From the NCBI RefSeq assembly GCF_009914755.1, contig NC_060938.1: a DNA stretch of 64,000 nucleotides; one strand, 5' to 3'. Below are positions 60,200-64,000 of the stretch, piece by piece; the stretch's first letter is position 1; the number at the start of each line of letters is the position of its first letter. This DNA comes from the human T2T-CHM13v2.0 reference genome, Homo sapiens. A program made the position numbers and the translations under genes. The notes under the pieces are model-generated. The model searched no databases, had not been told where the DNA came from, and saw only the letters and a program-made list of their open reading frames with translations.

Positions 60200-61370
60200 C
60201 ATACCCTAGATAAAAATTAACTTGAGCCGGGTGTGGTTGCTGACACCTGTAATCCCAGCACTTTGGGAGGCTGAAGCAGACGGATCTCTTGAGACCAGGA
60301 GTTTGAGACCAGCCTGGCCAACAAGGTGAAACCCCGTCTCTACTAAAAATATAAAAATTAGTTGGTCATGATGGCAGGTGCCTGTAAGCCCAGCTACTTG
60401 GGAGGCTGAGGAGAATTGCTTAACCGGGAAGGCAGATGTTGCAGTGAGCCGAGATTGCGCCACTGCACTCCAGCCTAGGCGACAGAGCGAGACTCCGTCT
60501 CCAAAAAAAAAAAAAAATTAACTCGACATGGATCGTAGAGCTAAATGGAAGACTAAAACTTTCAAACTTCAGAAAGAAAACTTGGAAGAAACTTTTTCTA
60601 ACCTTGGGTTAAGCAAAAATTTTCTTAAATAGGACATAAAATGCATGAGTCGTAAAGGAAAAAAATTGATACATTGGACTTCACCAACATTTTAAATGTC
60701 TACTCTTTGAAAGGCACTAATATGAAAATGAAAACACAAGCTACAGACTGAGAGAAAATATTTGCAAAACATATATCTGATAAAGGATGTTTAGTCAGAA
60801 TATATAAAGAACTCCTAAAACTCAATAAGAAGACAAATGACTCCATTTCTTTTAAGGTCAAAGAACTGAACAGACATTTCACAAAAGAAAAGATACAGAT
60901 GGCCAAAAAGCACATCAAAAAAAAAAGGTTCAACATTATTAGTTAGCAGGGAAATGCAATTAAAATCACAATGAGATACCGTTAAACATCTATTATAATG
61001 GCTAAAATTTAAAAGGCTGACAATGCCAAGCTCTGGCAAGGATATAGAATAACTACGACTCTTACACACTGCGTGTGGGAATGCTAACTGGTACAGCCAC
61101 TTTGGAAAGCAGTTTGGCAATTTCTTTTAAAGTTAAATATACAATTATATTTTCATTTCTCCCAGAGATTTGCTCAAAAGAAATAAAAACATATGTCTAC
61201 ACAAAGACCTATAAATAGGAATATTCATAGCAGCTTTCTGCATAATGGCCAAAACTTGGGAACACCCAAGTGCTCATCAGTTGGTAAATGAATAAGCAAG
61301 TTGCCATGCAGCCACACAGTGGAACGCACCCATACATGCAGTAACATGGATAAGTCTTAAACGCATGGTA
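60200..61370 (+). mobile_element. L1M ORF2 3' region interrupted by an Alu
   Basis: gagaaaatatttgcaaaacatatatctgataaagg...gggaaatgcaattaaaatcacaatgagatacc. Confidence 0.85.
60225..60517 (+). mobile_element. Alu (S-like)
   Basis: TSD aaaaattaacttga / aaaaattaactcga. Confidence 0.93.
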
Positions 61371-61600
61371 TCAGTTCCTATTGCTACTCTAACAAATTAC
61401 TAGAAACTCAGTAGCTTAAAACAACACAGATTTACTGTCTTACAGTTCTGGAGGTCAGAACGTCCAAAATCAGTCTCACTGGGCCAGCATCAAGGTCAGT
61501 TTCCTTATCTTTTTCAGCTCCTAGAAGCCACCTGCATTCCTTGACCCATGGCCCCTTCCTCCAAAGCCAGTTGTGTTGCATCTTCTATCTAACTGCTTAA
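61368..61600 (-). mobile_element. MLT1 fragment
   Basis: ttcctattgctactctaacaaattac...cttacagttctggaggtcagaa. Confidence 0.7.
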
Positions 61601-63066
61601 GGGAACAGGACTTTATCAAGGCACAGAGCCACAGCAAGTATGGGAAACATATAAGTAGTTCCATATTTCCAGGGTGTGTAATGTAACATTTCAAAGATAA
61701 GGAAACTGAGATTCAGAGAGATCCAATATCTTACCCAAGGTCCAGGACACAGTGAAAATCATGTTCAACCCTAAGGCCTCTGAATCCAAATCCAGAGTCC
61801 ATGTGAGCCCTCAGACTTCCCTGCCTTGACCGTGGATAGTCATCTCCACCTTGTCTCAGAGCCCTGCACTCCCACCCTAGTACACTGCGCCAGCAGCTAA
61901 GCCTGTGGAGCCAGGCAGAACCCTGGGCCTCCCCACCTCCCCACCCTGGGACCAACAGATTCCCAGCTCCAGCAGGATAACATCATAACCTTAATAAGAT
62001 TGACATTTGCATCCTGTTTTATATTCATCAGCATTCTTACACTTACGTTATGTTATCTGGCCTTCTCCATCGTATGAGTCTAATGGTGCAGATATTCTCC
62101 ACCCCACATTCTCCAACCCTCAGAAAGCTGAGGTACTTTCTTATACAGCAAGTGGGTAGAAGCCAAGATCAGAACCTTACCCCCAACCCACCCCTTGATA
62201 CCAGAAGAGCCTATTGACTCAGAACAAAACTCAGGCAAACCCCCCACCTAGCTGAGCTTCCCCTCCTTCATCTGCAGGATGGAAAACAGGGTAATACCTG
62301 CCCTGCCTATCCTGATACATCAGGCATAAATGGAAAAAAAAAAAAGGAAGTAGTATGTAAAAGCACTTTGGAAATGTTAAAATGCTATGCAAATTATAAG
62401 GAACTGTTCTGATTATACTCTCAAGAAATGTCACAAATTTTCTCCAAAAGTGAATAATTGTCATTACTTTTCAACTTCATCCCCTTGAAAAGCCAGTTTC
62501 TCCTCCTGTCATCTTTTATTTCTGGTTAAAGCAGAGATGTTATACTCAACATTCCAACTGGAATATCAAGATCAATCTTTAATTCCTCCTTCCAGCTTCA
62601 CCCTTTCTGAAATCAAGAACAGGCAATTCTCTACTCCACCCACCATCTCATCCTCAGTTTCTCTTGCCATCTGCCCCCCTCTGAAGCTAGAAATCACCAG
62701 CAACCATTTTCATTCCTCATCCCTCTGGTCTCTCCTCAGTCAGAGCCAACCTACATGATGCAAAAGCACCACTCCAATCACCTCTCTCAGAGGCTCACAG
62801 CCCCGGGGGGACAGCGTCCAGGGGTCCTCCACGGGCTGCCCCAGTGAAGCTCTCCAGCTTGTCTCCCATGACTCACCAACCCAGGTAAGCCTAAATGGCC
62901 CTGTTTCCCAAAACTCAACTCTCTTCCCACTTTTATGTCCCCACTATATCTGGAACTCCCTTTCCCACTATTTAATTAGCTATGGGGGTAGGAAGAATCA
63001 AACTAGACCCCCAGCTCTTACATCAACCTAAATATATTCCAAGTGAATCAAAGAATTGTGGTTAAT

Positions 63067-63393
63067 GGCTGGGCACGGTGGCTCACACCTGTAATCCCAG
63101 CACTTTAAGAGGCCAAGGCGGGTGGATCACCTGAGGTCAGAGGTTCGAGACCAGCCTGGCTGGGTAACATGGCAAAACCCCGTCTCAACTAAAAAATAAT
63201 AATAATAATACAAAAATTAGCCAGGCATGGTGGCGCAAGCCGGTAGTCCCAGCTACTTAGGAGGCCAAGGCAGGAGAATTGCTTGAACCCACCCAGCAGA
63301 TGGATGTTTCAGTGAGCCAAGATTGCACCATTGCACTCCAGCCTGGGCAACAGAGCAAGACACCACCTCACAACAAAAACCACACACACACAA
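63067..63393 (+). mobile_element. Alu (S-like)
   Basis: Two-arm Alu inside an L1 remnant. Confidence 0.9.
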
Positions 63394-63661
63394 AGAATTG
63401 AGGTTAAAAAAAATCCAGATTATATAGATGAATATCTATCTGATAGCTGAATGGGGCTGGAATTTCTAGGCTACATAGCAATGGAGTAAATCAGAGGAGA
63501 ATAAAATGAATAATAGTTAACATTTACCTATTTTCACTTCTTTTAACTGGATATCCATATTTTAAAAGTAAACATACCCTTTACTTCATGTTGTACACAA
63601 AAAATAACAAAATGGATCACAGAATGAAAGAAATGCTAAAATTAGAAAAATTCCAGAAGAA

Positions 63662-63945
63662 GGCCAAGCACGGTGGCCTGTAATCCCAGCACTTTGGGAG
63701 GCCAAGGTGGGCAGATCACTTGAGGTCACGGGTTTGAAACCAGCCTGGCCAACATGGTGAAACCCCTATTAAAAATACAAAAATTAGCTGGGCATGGTGG
63801 TACACACATGTAATCCCAGCTATTCAAATGGCTGAGGCACAAGAATCCCTTGAACCCAGGAGTCAGAAGTTGCAGTGAGCAGTGATCGAGCCACTGCACT
63901 CCAGCTTGGGCAACAGAGCGAGACTCTGCCTCAAAAAAAAAAACA
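63662..63945 (+). mobile_element. Alu (S-like) inside an L1 fragment
   Basis: TSD ttccagaagaa on both sides. Confidence 0.92.
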
Positions 63946-64000
63946 AACTTCCAGAAGAAAACATGGGGAAAATCTTCATAACCTTGGTGTAGGCAAAGAT

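Overview
Primate (almost certainly human) genomic DNA lying inside the DPF3 gene (BAF45C, a d4-family BAF/SWI-SNF subunit), which is transcribed on the minus strand. The only supportable coding sequence is the 161-nt second exon (17390-17550, minus strand, N-terminal Requiem domain). Positions 17551-64000 are intron 1 and 1-17389 are intron 2. The rest is dense with repeats: about 27 Alu/FLAM copies (22 antisense to the gene), ancient L1M elements, MaLR/ERVL LTRs, hAT/Tigger DNA transposons, MIR/L2 and microsatellites, several nested with readable target-site duplications. The other ORF-track entries are chance or repeat-derived frames. I see no new multi-gene system. The most unusual signals are: (i) two independent short-range templated insertions, an exact 39-bp copy of MER21 sequence inside L1 ORF2 and a 97-bp inverted LTR copy plus fold-back inside an AluJ; (ii) a GC-rich enhancer-like block near 58.2-58.5 kb with a CRE and a site one base short of a HIF element, plausibly the known DPF3 renal-cancer risk enhancer; and (iii) candidate RNA-level elements in the pre-mRNA, namely inverted Alus around exon 2, a ~330-nt pyrimidine tract feeding an Alu acceptor, and a ~460-nt YCAY array. 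Repeat family and subfamily calls are from recall of consensus sequences, and boundaries without a TSD are approximate.
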